The notes: a model not told the origin generated them from the letters alone. Positions 1 to 19,740 are shown, counted from the first letter of the stretch. The stretch: 64,000 nt of DNA from the human T2T-CHM13v2.0 reference genome, Homo sapiens (GCF_009914755.1 NC_060930.1), one strand, 5' to 3'. Made by a program: numbers and translations.

Positions 1-436
1 GAAGCAGAAGACCTCGCCTGAAGCAGGTCAAATTAAACCTAGGAAGGATTTTTCTGACTTTCCCCTGAAGCAGGTCATAAGACCCTCATTCAAGAGGTAC
101 CCTTCCTATACGCAGAGGAAAGGGACATCCTTATCTCTGAAGACCCAGGGACACACGGAAAAATTTGAGCAAAGAACCCTTGCTAAGTTTCCCCCAGTTT
201 ATTAGCATTAGGTCATATTTCCTTTGTCCAATCATACTTCTCCATCAAACTAAGCATAAAAAACACACGGGTTTACCTGTTTCTTTGGGTCTTCATTTTC
301 TTATGAAGTCTCCCATGCCATGTAAAACTTATACTAAATACATTTTTATACTTTTCTCTTATTAATCTGTCTTCTATTATAGGGGCCTCAGCTGTGAACC
401 TAAGATGGGAAGGAAAGACATTTATTTTCCTCTACA
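1..436 (+). mobile_element. ERV1 solo LTR, MER39/MER34-like (5' end outside window)
   Basis: Motifs ctgaagcaggtcataagaccctcattc and catgtaaaacttatactaaata; ends with the LTR-type terminus ttcctctaCA. Confidence 0.6.
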
Positions 437-691
437 TAGGTCTAGGGGCCATCCTATGCCAAGGTCCTGGGGTGGGAATATGCCCGGGAAGATTAGTGTG
501 GAGGGGGTAGCAGGCTGCTGTGACGATTAAATGTGCATGATGTGCCTGGCATATAGATAGCACTTAATAAGTGGTAGCTATAATTATGAGTCACTCATCA
601 GTTGTTTATGGTTTGATTCATAGAAACAGGTGCATAATTATCTGATTAAGTAGGCCCAAGTCTGTTTCTTGGCTTCAAGAGGAGTGTTCAA

Positions 692-1035
<344 letters not shown>

Positions 1036-1132
1036 TCAACATTCCTAGTTTTTCTCCATCAGAAAGGTAATGAGGCCATTGCCCACGCAAAAAATATGTT
1101 GATGAGAGGATTTCCTTTACCTACCACGGAGC

Positions 1133-1316
1133 AGTCATTCTCACAGTGTGGCCCCTTAAGCATCAGCATCAGCATCACCTGGGAACTTGTTAGAAATGCA
1201 GATTCTCAAGCTGCACCCAGATCTACAGAATCAGAAACTCTGGAATGGGGCTTGGCTATCAGTGTTTAAAACACTGGGTGATTCTGACGTGTGCTAAACT
1301 TTAAGAACGACTGCCT
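1133..1316. mobile_element. MER5A (hAT-Charlie MITE)
   Basis: cagcatcacctgggaacttgttagaaatgcagattctc...cccagatctacagaatcagaaactctgg. Confidence 0.8.
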
Positions 1317-1392
1317 AGAGTTTCTCTGTTCTCAAAGGCAGGGGGAAGCTTCATTATGTCACTCAGTCATTTCCTTTGCCCTCTATGGAGTA

Positions 1393-1870
1393 GTTACTGA
1401 AACGCCAGGGATTTGGTCTAGGTCCTGTTGCTCGCTGCACAGAAAGCCAATCACTGAGTATTGCCAGGGAAGAAGGCTTTATTCAGGTGCTGCAGCGATG
1501 GAGAATGGAAGATCAGTTTCAAATTTGTCTCCTCAGCTGACTAAAATTCGGAGTCTATATAGCAGGGAAGAAATGCAACTAAGTGTGGGAAAACAGGAAT
1601 GAGGGAGGGGATAAGGAAGAAGAGCTGATCCACAGGCAGCAGTTAGGCAATCATGATGGGCAAGGGGTCTGGTGTTTCCCAGATGTGGTGACTGGGTAAG
1701 TTTCCATTCCTTGACTCTATCTGGGAGGCCTGATGGCTGGTGTCCTGAGAAAAAAGAACTCAGGTTAGACAAATGTAAGTTTCTCAAGTTTTAAGATTGG
1801 GAGGATCAATTTCTGTGTTTATTCAAAAGAAACCATAAACATAAGTTCTATGGAACCAGTGCGCCCATTT
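1393..1870 (-). mobile_element. MER31-like ERV1 solo LTR
   Basis: gttactgaaacgccagggatttggtctaggtcctgttgctcgctgcacagaaagccaatcactgag matches the recalled reverse-complement MER31 end. Confidence 0.7.
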
Positions 1871-2779
1871 GAGAACCACGTTATGAGAAGGACACTTTGT
1901 TCTTATTGCTGTTATTTTAAGTTTCTTGAGATGCTCTCTGGCTCTGTATGGTTGTTACTCACCAGGATCTCTAGAGACAGCCCATCTCCCTCCCTAGATT
2001 GATGTCACCAAATTCTGAATGAAAACAACTCCAGGTAGGCTCTGAGACCCACCCAGAGGATTTCCTCTACCCTGGTTACTTCCTCCAGCATTTGCAAAAA
2101 TGGTCCTGATCACCTTGGAGAACTATTTTGATTGTTGTTATTATGGAATTTAAACAAAAACAACAAACAATAAACTTTCAAAACCAGCTTCAGGTTTTCA
2201 GACAAGACCCAGAATTTATTCCTTTCCCTGTCCCAGGATGATGTTATCTTGCTATGTTCTGTGAATCAGATGGAGCATGATGCTCCAGGAACCAGGGCCA
2301 CTTCCAGTAACCTTTCCAGCATTGAGAGGCCAAGTGGCCTAACTTTTCCATAGGAAATGGTGCAGTTGACTTATGAAACAACCCTGCTGGTCCTGCATTG
2401 GACTGACTCGGGGAAGGGTGGGCTGGAGGCAGAATGGAAAGGAAGGGTCTCTGGAAATCTGATTTATTGCTCCTTAGTTCAAACCCTTCTGGTAATTACT
2501 GTTGGTATAAGTTGGCATTCTCAAAATTACCCCAAAATGGAATTACCTGGGGTTCTGTTTAAAATGTCAATTTTGGGGACTCCAAGTGCTTCTAATGCAA
2601 GTGGTCCTTCACATTTTTGGAAATATAGGAAGGATATGGCCTAAATTTCTTAACTTCACAGGAAAAGTTTCTTCATGATGCAGGGGCTGCTACTTCTCTA
2701 AAACAATCTCTTACCAGCCTCCTTTTGCCATTTAGAATAATATTTGTTCTTTTTTTTGGTAGTCTTTTACATATTTTAT

Positions 2780-3792
2780 TTTATTTTATTTTATTTTATT
2801 TTACTTTAAGTTCTAGGATACATGTGCAGAATGTGCAGGTTTGTATATATATATATGCAGGTTTGTATATACCTATACATAGGTATATATGTGCCATGGT
2901 GGTTTGCTGCACCTATCAACCTGTCATGTAGGTTTTAAGCCCCACATGCATTAGGTATTTTTCCTAATGTTCTCCTTCACCTTGCCCCCACCCCCCAACA
3001 GGCTCCCCGTGTGTGTTGTTCCCCTTCCTGTGTCCATGTGTTCTCTTTTTTCAACTCCCACTTATGAGTGAGAACATGCAGTGTTTGGTTTTCTGTTCCT
3101 TTGTTAGGTTGCTGAGGATGATGGCTTCTAGCTTCATCCATGTCCCTGCAAAGGACATGATCTCATACTTTTTTATGGCTGCATAGTATTCCATGGTGGA
3201 TATGTACCACATTTTCTTTATCCAGTCTATCAGTGATGGGCATTTGGGTTGGTTCCATGTCTTTGCTATTGTAAATAGTGCTGCAATAAACATACGTGTG
3301 CATGTGTCTTTATAGTAGAATGATTATATTTCTTTGGGTATATACCCAGTAATGGGATTGCTGGGTCAAATGGTATTTCTGGTTCTAGATCCTTGAGGAA
3401 ACACCACACTGTCTTCCACAATGGTTGAACTAATTTACATTCCCACCAAGAGTGTAAAAGTGTTCCTATTTCTCCAAATCCTTGCCAACATCTGTTGTTT
3501 CCTGACTTTTTAATAATCACCATTCTGACTGGCGTGAGATGGTATCTCATTGTGGTTTTGATTTGCATTTCTCTAATGATCAGTATGATGAGTTTTTTTC
3601 ATATGTTTGTTGGCCACATAAATGTCTTCTTTTGAGAAGTGCCTGCTCATATCCTTTGCCCACTTTTTGATGGGGTTGGTTTTTTTCTTGTAAATTTGTT
3701 TAAGTTCCTTGTAGATTCTGGATATTAGACCTTTGTCAGATGAGTAGATTGCAAAAATTTTCTCCCATTCTGTAAGTTGCCTATTCACTCTG
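2780..3792 (-). mobile_element. L1PA7/8-like 3' segment (ORF2 C-terminus, 3'UTR, A-rich tail); non-inverted part of a 5'-inverted L1
   Basis: ORF track gives L1 ORF2 C-terminal peptides ([16 protein letters not shown]..., [20 protein letters not shown]); 3'UTR ttttaagccccacatgcattagg; (TTTTA)n tail. Confidence 0.9.
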
Positions 3793-4456
3793 TTTGCAAA
3801 TGATATGATTCTATATTTAGAAAACCCCATCGTCTCAGCCCAAAAACTCCTTAAGCTGATAAGCAACTTAAGCAAAGTCTGAGGATACAAAATCAATGTG
3901 CAAAAATCACAAACATTCCTATACACCAACAATAGACAAACAGAGAGCCAAATCATGAATGAACTCCCATTCACAATTGCCACAAAGAGAATAAAATACC
4001 TAGGAATACAGCTTACAAGGGACGTGAAGGACATCTTCAAGGAGAACTACACACCATTGCTCAAGGAAATAAAAGACACAAACGAATGGAAAAACATTTT
4101 GTGCTTATGGATAGGAAGAATCAATATCATGAAAATGGCCATACTGCCCAAAGTAATTTATAGATTCGATGCTATTCCCATCAAACTATCATTGACTTTC
4201 TTCACAGAATTAGAAGAAAACTACTTTAAATTTCATATGGAACCAAAAAAGAGCCCATATAGCTAAGACAATCCTAAGCCAAAAAACAAAGCTGGAGGCA
4301 TCATGCTACCTGACTTCAAACTCTACTACAAGGCTACAGTAACCAAAACACCATGGTACTGGTACCAAAACAGACATACAGACCAATGGAACAGAACAGA
4401 GGCCTCAGAAATAACACCACACATCTACAACCATCTGATCTTTGACAAACCTGACA
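3788..4456 (+). mobile_element. Inverted L1 ORF2 RT-region segment of the same insertion (twin priming)
   Basis: Begins ctctgtttgcaaatgatatg (degenerate LFADDM motif); ORFs 3898-4266 and 4303-4485 are L1 ORF2 peptides on the opposite strand to 2780-3792. Confidence 0.9.
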
Positions 4457-4554
4457 TATATTTTATACATATAGTTTCTTCTTAGAAATTTTATTAGAAA
4501 GGTCTGCTAAAATTTATTTAAAATATTTTCAGCATCAATTTGATCATTTCTTAA

Positions 4555-4731
<177 letters not shown>

Positions 4732-5102
4732 TAGATAGATAGATATACATAGATAGATTATTTATACAGAGAAATGTTACCATTCTCATTCCTCATCCTC
4801 TGTGTTGGCTTGATCTTTCACTGTTTTGTCATCAGTGATCTACAATATCACAATGATGTGCTTTGGTGTTGGGTATTTTTTGTCCTTGATGCTTGGTTCT
4901 GGGTAGACACTCACTCTGTTCTGGGAAATTTCCTTGATAATTTTATTTCCTCTGTTTTCCCTTTCTGGAACTCTTTGTCATTCAAATATTGGACTTCCTC
5001 AACTGATTTGATTTTTGGATTTTATCTTTTCTCTCTTTATTTCTCTCTCTCTCTTTCTTTCTCTCTCTCTCTCTCTGCTTTCTTGGAGACTTCATCTTCC
5101 AA

Positions 5103-5935
<833 letters not shown>

Positions 5936-6059
5936 TAATCTCCAAGATCTCTCAATTGTTCTCTAAATGTTTCATTATAATAGCCTCTTTTGTTTCTTGA
6001 ATAGGATACCTTCTCTTTTCTCTCTAGAGAGATTGAGGGCTTTTAAGAAGCTTCCTTCT

Positions 6060-6179
6060 GTCTGGGAGTGGTGGCTTACGCCTATAACACCAGTACTTGG
6101 GAGACTGAGGCAGGTGAATAGCTTGAGCCCAGGAGTTCCAGGATCAGCCTGAGCAACATAGCAAAATAAATAAATAAAA
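6060..6179 (+). mobile_element. FLAM monomer
   Basis: Alu left-arm sequence plus A-rich tail; TSD aagcttccttctg. Confidence 0.8.
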
Positions 6180-6216
6180 GCTTCCTTCTGCTGCCACTTT
6201 CTCTCTCTGGCTCTGT

Positions 6217-6247
<31 letters not shown>

Positions 6248-6249
6248 GG

Positions 6250-9303
<3,054 letters not shown>

Positions 9304-11024
9304 TAATTTATTTTTAGTGTTTTTTTTCTCTCTTTCCTTTATATTAGCTTGCCTGAACAAATCATTCTTTCCTGGTTGCATTCTGACACATACTCCTCTA
9401 CCAGCATTTGAAAACAAGACACTATTATCCTCACCAATACTCATCTTTTACCCCACTGAGATGCTTCCACTTCCTCCTGATCCCTTCACTCTAACAAGAT
9501 GAGAGCTTTAGGATCATTTTACTTTCTCTCTCCTCCCCTCATTAGCCCCTTAGAATCTTATTTCTCCCTCTCCTTCCACCCACCAAAAGTTGCTATTTTC
9601 TCATTTAAGCTCCTATCCCCACCCCTCCCCGACTCAGACACTCCTCTCCAAGCTTTAGCTTGCTGGGAGTGTGTTCTGCTTTTCTAACTGATTCTCCTCT
9701 CTCTCTGGCTGCTGGCCCTTTTTAAAATGGGTTGTTATTTTTTTCTGTGGGCTCATAGGTCTCAGGGTTTGGTGGCTTATGTGTTCTAAGTGGCGGGAGC
9801 CCCATGGGTGGCAGAAGGTCCCCACAGACTGAATTGTAGAAGCTGCCAGCACCCTGCTAGTCACCTGTAGGAAACTCCCCAAACTTCTCACACTGCCCCA
9901 GCTTCCAGGTAGAGGACTCAGTCTCCCATTCAGCTCCTCCTTGGCCCCTTCAGCTAGGAAAACCCAGCACAGTCACACTAGGCTTGTGTTGACATTAGCC
10001 CTGACAGCCCCTCTCCACTCAGGATTGACTGTCTTCCCTTGTTCACCTTTGACATTATTCTCTAGGCACCTGCCCAGCCCACTGGAAGAAGGAAGCTTAC
10101 AATTCTGTATGCTTGGAACCCACCAAAGCCTGAGGCCTCACTGGCACCCAGCCATCCACAGGAGTTAGCAGCTGTTTGAGTCCAGAAGGAAGAACTTTTG
10201 GAGTCGGAGGTGGGAAAGATAGAAATTGCATCCAAATTATCACATTCCCAGAACCCTCTTTTGGCCCTGTAAGTTATTCCCATAGCCATTGATCATGCAA
10301 TAGCCTGGATGAAAAGAGTAGAGCTGGAATGAATAGCTACAGTCCTGGTTAACAACAGCTTGAATACAAGCTCATTCCACTCCCAAGTTTCAGGCTGGCC
10401 TATCTGGGAGACAAATGCCAACTACTGTGGTCCTACACATTTTTACCACCACTGCATGCAGAGATAAGAGAGAGTTACTGCACTTTCATTATGAAAAAAA
10501 GCAACCAAAATGGCTTGGAGTAAAAATGTAAATTTTTCCTAACCCTGCTTTATCTGATGAGATATCCACCTGCAGTGAGGAATCACTGCCAGTTTCCCCT
10601 CAGAAGGTGTAAAGATCAGGCTAGTTCTGGGAAGGAAGATTGAGTGAGCATATTATTAACCTAAATGGAATTAGATTTCCGTTTCAATAAAGATTCCCAT
10701 TAAGGCTGCAAGCAATACAGCGACAGCAGTGCAGCCATAACCACCCACTGCCTGTAGGAAGATGTGCTTGAATTACACCTGGCTGTGCACCCCATTATCA
10801 CTTCACAAAAGGTAGTAACTTGAGGTGGACCTCTGTGGTCACCGTGTCCTTCTGCTGATGCCACAAAGGAATCCTAGCTTGGATGCAATCAATAATCCAA
10901 ACATACATTACTCATGTATCAGCATATGACAAGAGGATGACAGTGGTTAATCAGCTAATTATGACATGCTCTTTTCATCCCATAGTGTATGACTTATTGA
11001 ATATTCTTGTATTTTTATGTTTAG

Positions 11025-11412
<388 letters not shown>

Positions 11413-11588
11413 GAAATCCATGTTTTTATATCCCTGGGGGAGGCATTGCCAGGGCCTGCCATACTGGGGTAAGCAGCTACTCCAGAGTCTTTGTCCTGTT
11501 TACCTATTTCAAGTCTAATGAAAATGTCAATTCTCTTTTAAAAGACTTAGGAAAGACGTCACACACTGGCATCCTGTGAGCTGCTGCA

Positions 11589-11718
11589 GCCCTCAGATTT
11601 GTTTTGTATGAGCAGCAGGTTTTTTCATTGTGTTTTTGTTTTTGTTTTTTTCAATGAATTCACTGCCAGTCTTCAAAACTCTGCCCTCAGATTTGTTTTG
11701 TATGAGCAGCAGGTTTTC

Positions 11719-11767
<49 letters not shown>

Positions 11768-11777
11768 AATGAATTCA
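11589..11777. repeat. Local tandem duplication (period 94); the second copy carries (GT)n
   Basis: gccctcagatttgttttgtatgagcagcaggtttt...aatgaattca at 11589-11662 and 11683-11777. Confidence 0.9.
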
Positions 11778-12689
11778 GAGTCTCTAAAAAAAACTAAGAA
11801 AATCTAACAGAAAAGTCTGGACTTCTAGTTTTTCTTGGAAAAAAAGATTGTCTGGCTATCCTGGGCCCAAATTCCCTCATGCTGACAAGTGGCAAGACTG
11901 AACAGCAACTGTTTCTGCGCTCCCGCTGGCCCCAGGGGAGGGCCGCTTTTTAATTTTACACCCAGCAGCTTCTTTCCCTTTTATCACCTGGCTACCTGCT
12001 GACTTGAGAGTACCATAAGGTAGAAACAGTCACCAGAAGACCACAGTTCCAGTCCCCACTGCACTGGGAAACCCTGGGCACCTACCATCACAATTTTAAG
12101 CCCTTCTTGCATATGAGGAGACTGGAGCCAGGGTGGTGAAGTGGCTTGCCCGAAGGCATTAGCCCAGTGTTCTTTCCAATGCACCAGTGATGAGCAACCT
12201 AAATGCAGACAAAAGTGCTTCTGTTGCTCAGAGAAAAGGTAGGGCACCGGGAGCTGAAGGCGCAGGGAGGAGGGTGCGGTGCAGGATGACTGCCTCACTT
12301 GCCAGATGTGTCTAAAAGAAGAATCCCCATTCTCTTCCTGTTTCCTCTATAGACAAATAATGTTCACCACTCCACTTCCTTGTTCCTTCACACCTGCTAC
12401 TTTGGATTCAGACGAGAAGTTCCAAGAATCCCTGAGTCCACAGCATGACTCTGGTTTGCAGAACCTCTGTCCAGACCAGCCAGATCAGAATACAAAGGAA
12501 AGTGACACATCCTGGATCTCAACCCACTTCGATGGGAAGTCTTCCTGATAAATTTAGAGATAACCTAAAGCCCTTGGGGACTTCCTCTTGATTTGAATCT
12601 GCTGAACACCTGCCGCACCCCCACCGCACCCCCCCCCCCCGCCCCCCGCCACCGCAGATGAAAACATCAACTCTGCAGAATTAATGGAT

Positions 12690-12817
12690 ATGGGAATCAC
12701 CTGGGGACCTCTCATTAAATTGCAAATTATGATTCAGAGGGTCTGGGGAGGGACAGAGACTCTGCATTTCTAACAAGCTCTCCGGTGGTGCCCACGCATC
12801 ACCGGGGCCGGAGAACC
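12690..12817. mobile_element. MER5A-like fragment
   Basis: gaatcacctgggga...gattcagagggtctgggg...ctctgcatttctaacaagctc. Confidence 0.7.
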
Positions 12818-13569
12818 TTCCATCATTCCAGCAATGCTCACCATCACTGCCATTCTTGCTCTTCTTTCTGGGGCCGTTGCCCATTTTCTCCATGGTATCC
12901 TTCTTTTTTCCTATTCTTTTCCTCTTTTAATCCTTTTTTTCTTCCCAGCCAACTCACTATTCCTATATCCCTGCTAACCCTCAATGCTCCTTCACTCAAA
13001 GATGAAGAAACTCCTGCCCTTTCTTCCTCCAGACATTCATCTCCCTCCCTCCCTCCTCTCCTCAGCTTTGTAGTGCCAGGAAAAGAAAGATCACCATTTA
13101 CTGACAATTTTGTGTGAAGCACTGTCCCAAGTGCATTACCCATATTACTTAACTCTCACAACAACCCTGCAAAGTACACATTATTTCTGCCATTTTAGAC
13201 ATGAGAAAATTGGGACTTGGGGTGGTTAAAGAAATCTTGTCCTCAACCAGGAAGTAGTGATCTGAGATTAGAATTTAGATCTGTCTGAGGCCAAAGTCTA
13301 CAACTTCTATACTGCACCATGCTCATATAAGGTGAACAATCTAGAAGGCAGCTGGTAGGAGTGGCTTCAGTAAAAAGGAATGGAATACCACGAGCTTCAC
13401 CCCATTTATGCATCCTGAACCCTTCACTCCACTTTTGTTAAGTACATGCCCTATGAGACGGTTTGACATACCAATAATGAGAGCTGTTTCAAGAATGCCC
13501 AGATTAGCTAGGATGGTTGGGACCTAAATAGCACAGTAGTAATATTAAAGCCCAAAGTTGCCAATATGC

Positions 13570-14031
13570 TCAATTTTCAATGTAACCTTTTATTATAAAT
13601 TAAGACCCATAACTGTACACACAGAGTCTGTTACCAAAAAAGAAATTCCTTCCATTGGCCAATTATTCAACCACATGAAGTCTACTAAAGGATGATGCCA
13701 AGCCACCCATCAGTCCACACAGGATCCATCATGGATGGATAGCCAGTTCCTTTTTCTCTCTCTAGTTTCTCTTCCTTGATTCCACCTCTAGGATCCCCTC
13801 GCTCTCTTATTGTCCTTTGCCTTGTCCTCAAGATCCTACCAAGAGTCCTGGCTTCCCACCTGGGAGCATGTACCAGTTCTCCAAACCTTTGTGTGTTTCT
13901 GATTCCTCAGACTACCGCATCTACAAACTAGGAAACTGTACTCTTGCTTATACTGGCCCTCTCCCTCCCTTGACTTTTATTAGATACATCAAAACAAAAC
14001 AAAAAACTCCTTTTAAATTCTGTTAAAGATC
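13570..14031 (-). ncRNA. Candidate terminal exon of a minus-strand lncRNA
   Basis: Minus-strand acceptor ttttctcctcccttcataccttgcAG|GATC at 14033/14031; minus-strand AATAAA at about 13589-13594 (another at 13976-13981); no ORF. Confidence 0.3.
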
Positions 14032-15605
14032 CTGCAAGGTATGAAGGGAGGAGAAAAGGCAGGGGCTGGGTATGAGGAAAAGTCCATCTTGACATACAAA
14101 AATGTTAAAAGTCTATATACTCAAAGGAGAAGTGAAGAGTCAGACTTTTACATGTGGAACAGACAGGAAAACTGGGAGCAATATGGTGTAGTCATCAGAT
14201 GTGGGTTCTAAATTCATCTCAGCTACCAACCAGCAGTGCAACCTTGGATAAGCTGTGTATTTTTCTCAATACCAGTTTCTTCATCTTTAAAGTGTGGAGA
14301 TTGGATTGAACAATTACTAAGATTCCTTTGTTCTCTACTCTGCAGTGTCATCTCTAGCACCTAAAATAAAATAAACCAGAAATTAATGAAAGAGTGAAAA
14401 TAATATTGCTCTAACCAGAAACTGAGATACTTGATTGAGTAAATGCATGAAAACAAGAAGGTAAAGAAACCATGATTAATAATAATAAATGAATAATAAT
14501 AACAATAAAATATAAAAAATTAAATAAAGACAAAAATGAATGAGCCTATAGTTTTACTTTTTAAGAAGATGTTAAATGCCCTTCCAAAGTGGCCACTCAT
14601 TATCCATAGCTATCAGTTACTTGTAAAATACACTGTTGGGACAATGCATATTCTATTCAGAAGTATATTGCCACTTAAAAACCTTGTTTTCCAATAAAAG
14701 CATTGAGTTATAAAATCAACCAACATTTTTATTCTAAACTATGGTAGGTAGATCAGAAATAAAATTAGGTCAACATGAATAATTTCCTTCATGGCAGGTT
14801 ACGGAATTTAATGTACGTGATATTTTCCCTCTTTGAAGTTAACATGTAATTATGTTTGCTTTATGCCAATTTATCTGCTTCTAAATGTTCCAAACTGAAA
14901 AAAGGAAAACAAAGCCTGCCTGTAGCTGCCTCTTCCTTCATATACACACCAGGCCAAAAGACAGAATGGCTGGAGGCATGGTCTCCAAGTGTGTGCTTTG
15001 CGGGAGGCCTACCCACCCTAAAAGTATAAGGGCAAAAGTGTATCTCTTTGTGTTTTGGAGCTGACTGGCTCAGTAAAATTTTCTAAGTCAGTCTGCACGT
15101 ACACCACTTCCTCAGTCTTATAAGTGAGGACGCCCTCCTGCATCTGGCCCTTAGAAACCTGACCCCTCCTGATTGGTCATCACTTATTTTCTGGGAATCA
15201 GCTTTCATCAGCCCAAACCCTTCCAGCAGAAGGATGCCCCAGCCTCTCTACTCAGGGGATAACTTGCCCAGGAGAAACATTTTTTGTGATGATGTTCTTC
15301 TCATTCTCTTTCTTCTGTAACCCCATCCTGGCCTCAGGTACCCATGGTCTCTATGCCAAAATCACAGGTGAAAATTATATTTTGATTATTTGGCTTAGAT
15401 TCTCTCCAGGCCTGACTTTCAACTACCATTGAAATGATTCTCCTAAATAAATATTACCTGAGAAAACCCAAGTTCCACCATTTGGGTCTGTCATGTTCCC
15501 AGATGAGGGAAGCAACAGGCATCAAGAATTCCAGAACGTTAGAATCCTTAAGTGGATCGAAAGACAAATTTGAAGGAAAATCTTACCTCTTGCCACTCTC
15601 CACTA

Positions 15606-16634
<1,029 letters not shown>

Positions 16635-16754
16635 TCATTATGATGAAAGCTAGTCTTAGGCCAGTTTCTGACAAACTTACAAAGCTTTATTAGCAAGCAG
16701 GCCCCCGAATCATCATGGAACCCTTCTTCTAGTCTTGGTTCTAAGTCCCCCCAA

Positions 16755-17410
16755 TTGTGGAGATGGGGTCTTGCTATTTTGCCCAGGCTGGTCTCAAACT
16801 TTGGCCTCTTGCCTTGGCCTCCTGAAATGCTAGGATTACAGGTATGAGTCACCATGCCTGGCCTATATTTATTTTCTTACTTATTGTTTTTCTTCCCCTC
16901 CTAGAATGTGGGTTCCCTGAGGTTAAGGACTTCATCTCCTTTATTCACTACTGCATTCTCCAGATACAGCCTAGAGCAATACTTCACATGCAGGAGATGC
17001 TCAATGAGTAACTGTTGAAGGAATGGATGCTGTGTCCCAGAAGAGACCTTAGAGGTCGGACCTGGTCTGGTCTCAATTCAGAGAAGGACCAGGCTGTCAT
17101 CACACATTAAGTGAGTGGTGGAGCTGGGACAAGAATCTAGGTCTCCTTTTTCTTGTCCACTGCTCTTCCCACTCTTCTCCGTTCTGTGCATAGGTGAAAG
17201 CTCAACACCATCAATTGATAATTAAGTAAAATAATGGGGAATAGGATTGAATGTGTTCCTGAAGGTTTTGCTAAATAAAACGATACTGCTCTTTTAATCT
17301 ATGAATTGATTATCCAAAGCAAATGTCAACGGTGAGTAGAAGGCAGCAAGGCATGAGTTATTGTAACTGATAAAGCAGGGGTGGCGCAGTGCGGGGTTGG
17401 TGGGGAGGTG
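16755..17410 (-). repeat. Left arm of 656-bp inverted repeat (derived copy)
   Basis: Reverse complement of 19085-19740; no mismatch found by eye; contains a truncated FLAM, an L2 end, MIR-like and unique sequence. Confidence 0.97.
17194..17331 (+). ncRNA. Mirror copy of the 138-nt exon-like cassette, in the left arm
   Basis: ctcttcccactcttctccgttctgtgcatAG|GTGAAAG...GTCAACG|GTgagt; stops in all three frames. Confidence 0.35.
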
Positions 17411-17584
17411 GTTTAAAATTGGCTAAACACACTCTCTGGTGTAGATATTTATAAGAATATTTATAAAGCTTACATAACCACTTCTAGATCATGGTTTCCT
17501 AATTAGGTTCTTTCAAATGCTGTCCATGCTGCCTAGAGTGATATTAAACTACACAGAGGTATATCATAGTGGTTATGCAGAATT

Positions 17585-17904
<320 letters not shown>

Positions 17905-17954
17905 TAAATTAGAGATATAACTTTCTGACATATCCTGCCTATACATTTGACATC

Positions 17955-18180
17955 TTTGTACAACATGGTAACTATAGTTAATAACAATGTATTGTATTGT
18001 ATTCTGAAAATCACTAAGAGTAGATTTTAAGTGTTCTCACCACAAAAAAAATAAGTATGTGAGGCAATGCATATGATAATTAGCTTAGTTTAGCCATTTT
18101 ACAATGTATACATATTTCAAAACATTATGTTATATATGATAAATATATACAGTTTTGTCAATTAAATATTAATTTTTTAA
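17955..18180 (+). mobile_element. L1MA-type 3' end fragment
   Basis: gagtagattttaagtgttctcaccacaaaaaaaataagtatgtgagg...ttagccattttacaatgtatacatatttcaaaacat. Confidence 0.8.
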
Positions 18181-18305
18181 AATTAACCTCTTAAACCCCT
18201 CTATCATTCCAATCTATCATATTGCTGGAGAAATTGTGGAAATATGCAAATAAAATAACACAATTTTTGTTTTAGTTTGCCTACCATCTCAATGTCCAGC
18301 CATTA

Positions 18306-18699
<394 letters not shown>

Positions 18700-19084
18700 T
18701 TAGCTTAATTAAATTATTTTAGCAGAGCAGAGTTTACTAAAAAGCATGGTGAGGGATGGAACAAGGAAAGGGATGGAAGAAGATGTGGGTGGAGAGCATT
18801 CTTCTCTACATGCATTCTCTCTGCAAAAGGAGCCTAAGCCCCTTCACAGAAGAGAGATTTACTTTCTGGGCTTTGTAGGTTAGACACTGGCTTTATTAAG
18901 AGTGGCTCTTGGAGCCACTGCTCAGGTAAAGAACACAATGAAAGGGGCCATTGAGCAGAGCTGCTAGGACCAACCCTCCCCTGTTAATCAAAGGAACAAA
19001 CTGAGTTATTTACCAGAGTCATTTACCTTGCAGACAACTCAGACCATTGTTCCCTGGGGCAGGATGATGACTCACTTGATCAAT

Positions 19085-19740
19085 CACCTCCCCACCAACC
19101 CCGCACTGCGCCACCCCTGCTTTATCAGTTACAATAACTCATGCCTTGCTGCCTTCTACTCACCGTTGACATTTGCTTTGGATAATCAATTCATAGATTA
19201 AAAGAGCAGTATCGTTTTATTTAGCAAAACCTTCAGGAACACATTCAATCCTATTCCCCATTATTTTACTTAATTATCAATTGATGGTGTTGAGCTTTCA
19301 CCTATGCACAGAACGGAGAAGAGTGGGAAGAGCAGTGGACAAGAAAAAGGAGACCTAGATTCTTGTCCCAGCTCCACCACTCACTTAATGTGTGATGACA
19401 GCCTGGTCCTTCTCTGAATTGAGACCAGACCAGGTCCGACCTCTAAGGTCTCTTCTGGGACACAGCATCCATTCCTTCAACAGTTACTCATTGAGCATCT
19501 CCTGCATGTGAAGTATTGCTCTAGGCTGTATCTGGAGAATGCAGTAGTGAATAAAGGAGATGAAGTCCTTAACCTCAGGGAACCCACATTCTAGGAGGGG
19601 AAGAAAAACAATAAGTAAGAAAATAAATATAGGCCAGGCATGGTGACTCATACCTGTAATCCTAGCATTTCAGGAGGCCAAGGCAAGAGGCCAAAGTTTG
19701 AGACCAGCCTGGGCAAAATAGCAAGACCCCATCTCCACAA
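19085..19740 (+). repeat. Right arm of 656-bp inverted repeat (probable donor copy)
   Basis: Reverse complement of 16755-17410; the FLAM tail, FLAM TSD and host L2 continue beyond 19740. Confidence 0.97.
19164..19301 (-). ncRNA. Candidate internal lncRNA exon (138 nt, non-coding)
   Basis: Long polypyrimidine tract plus AG acceptor at 19303-19302; ACG|GTGAGT donor at 19163-19158; typical exon size; stops in all frames. Confidence 0.5.

Noticed and set aside
3051-4485. ORFs with reverse-transcriptase-like peptides
   Set aside because: Fragmented L1 ORF2 from a truncated, inverted, dead element; catalytic FADD mutated to FAND.
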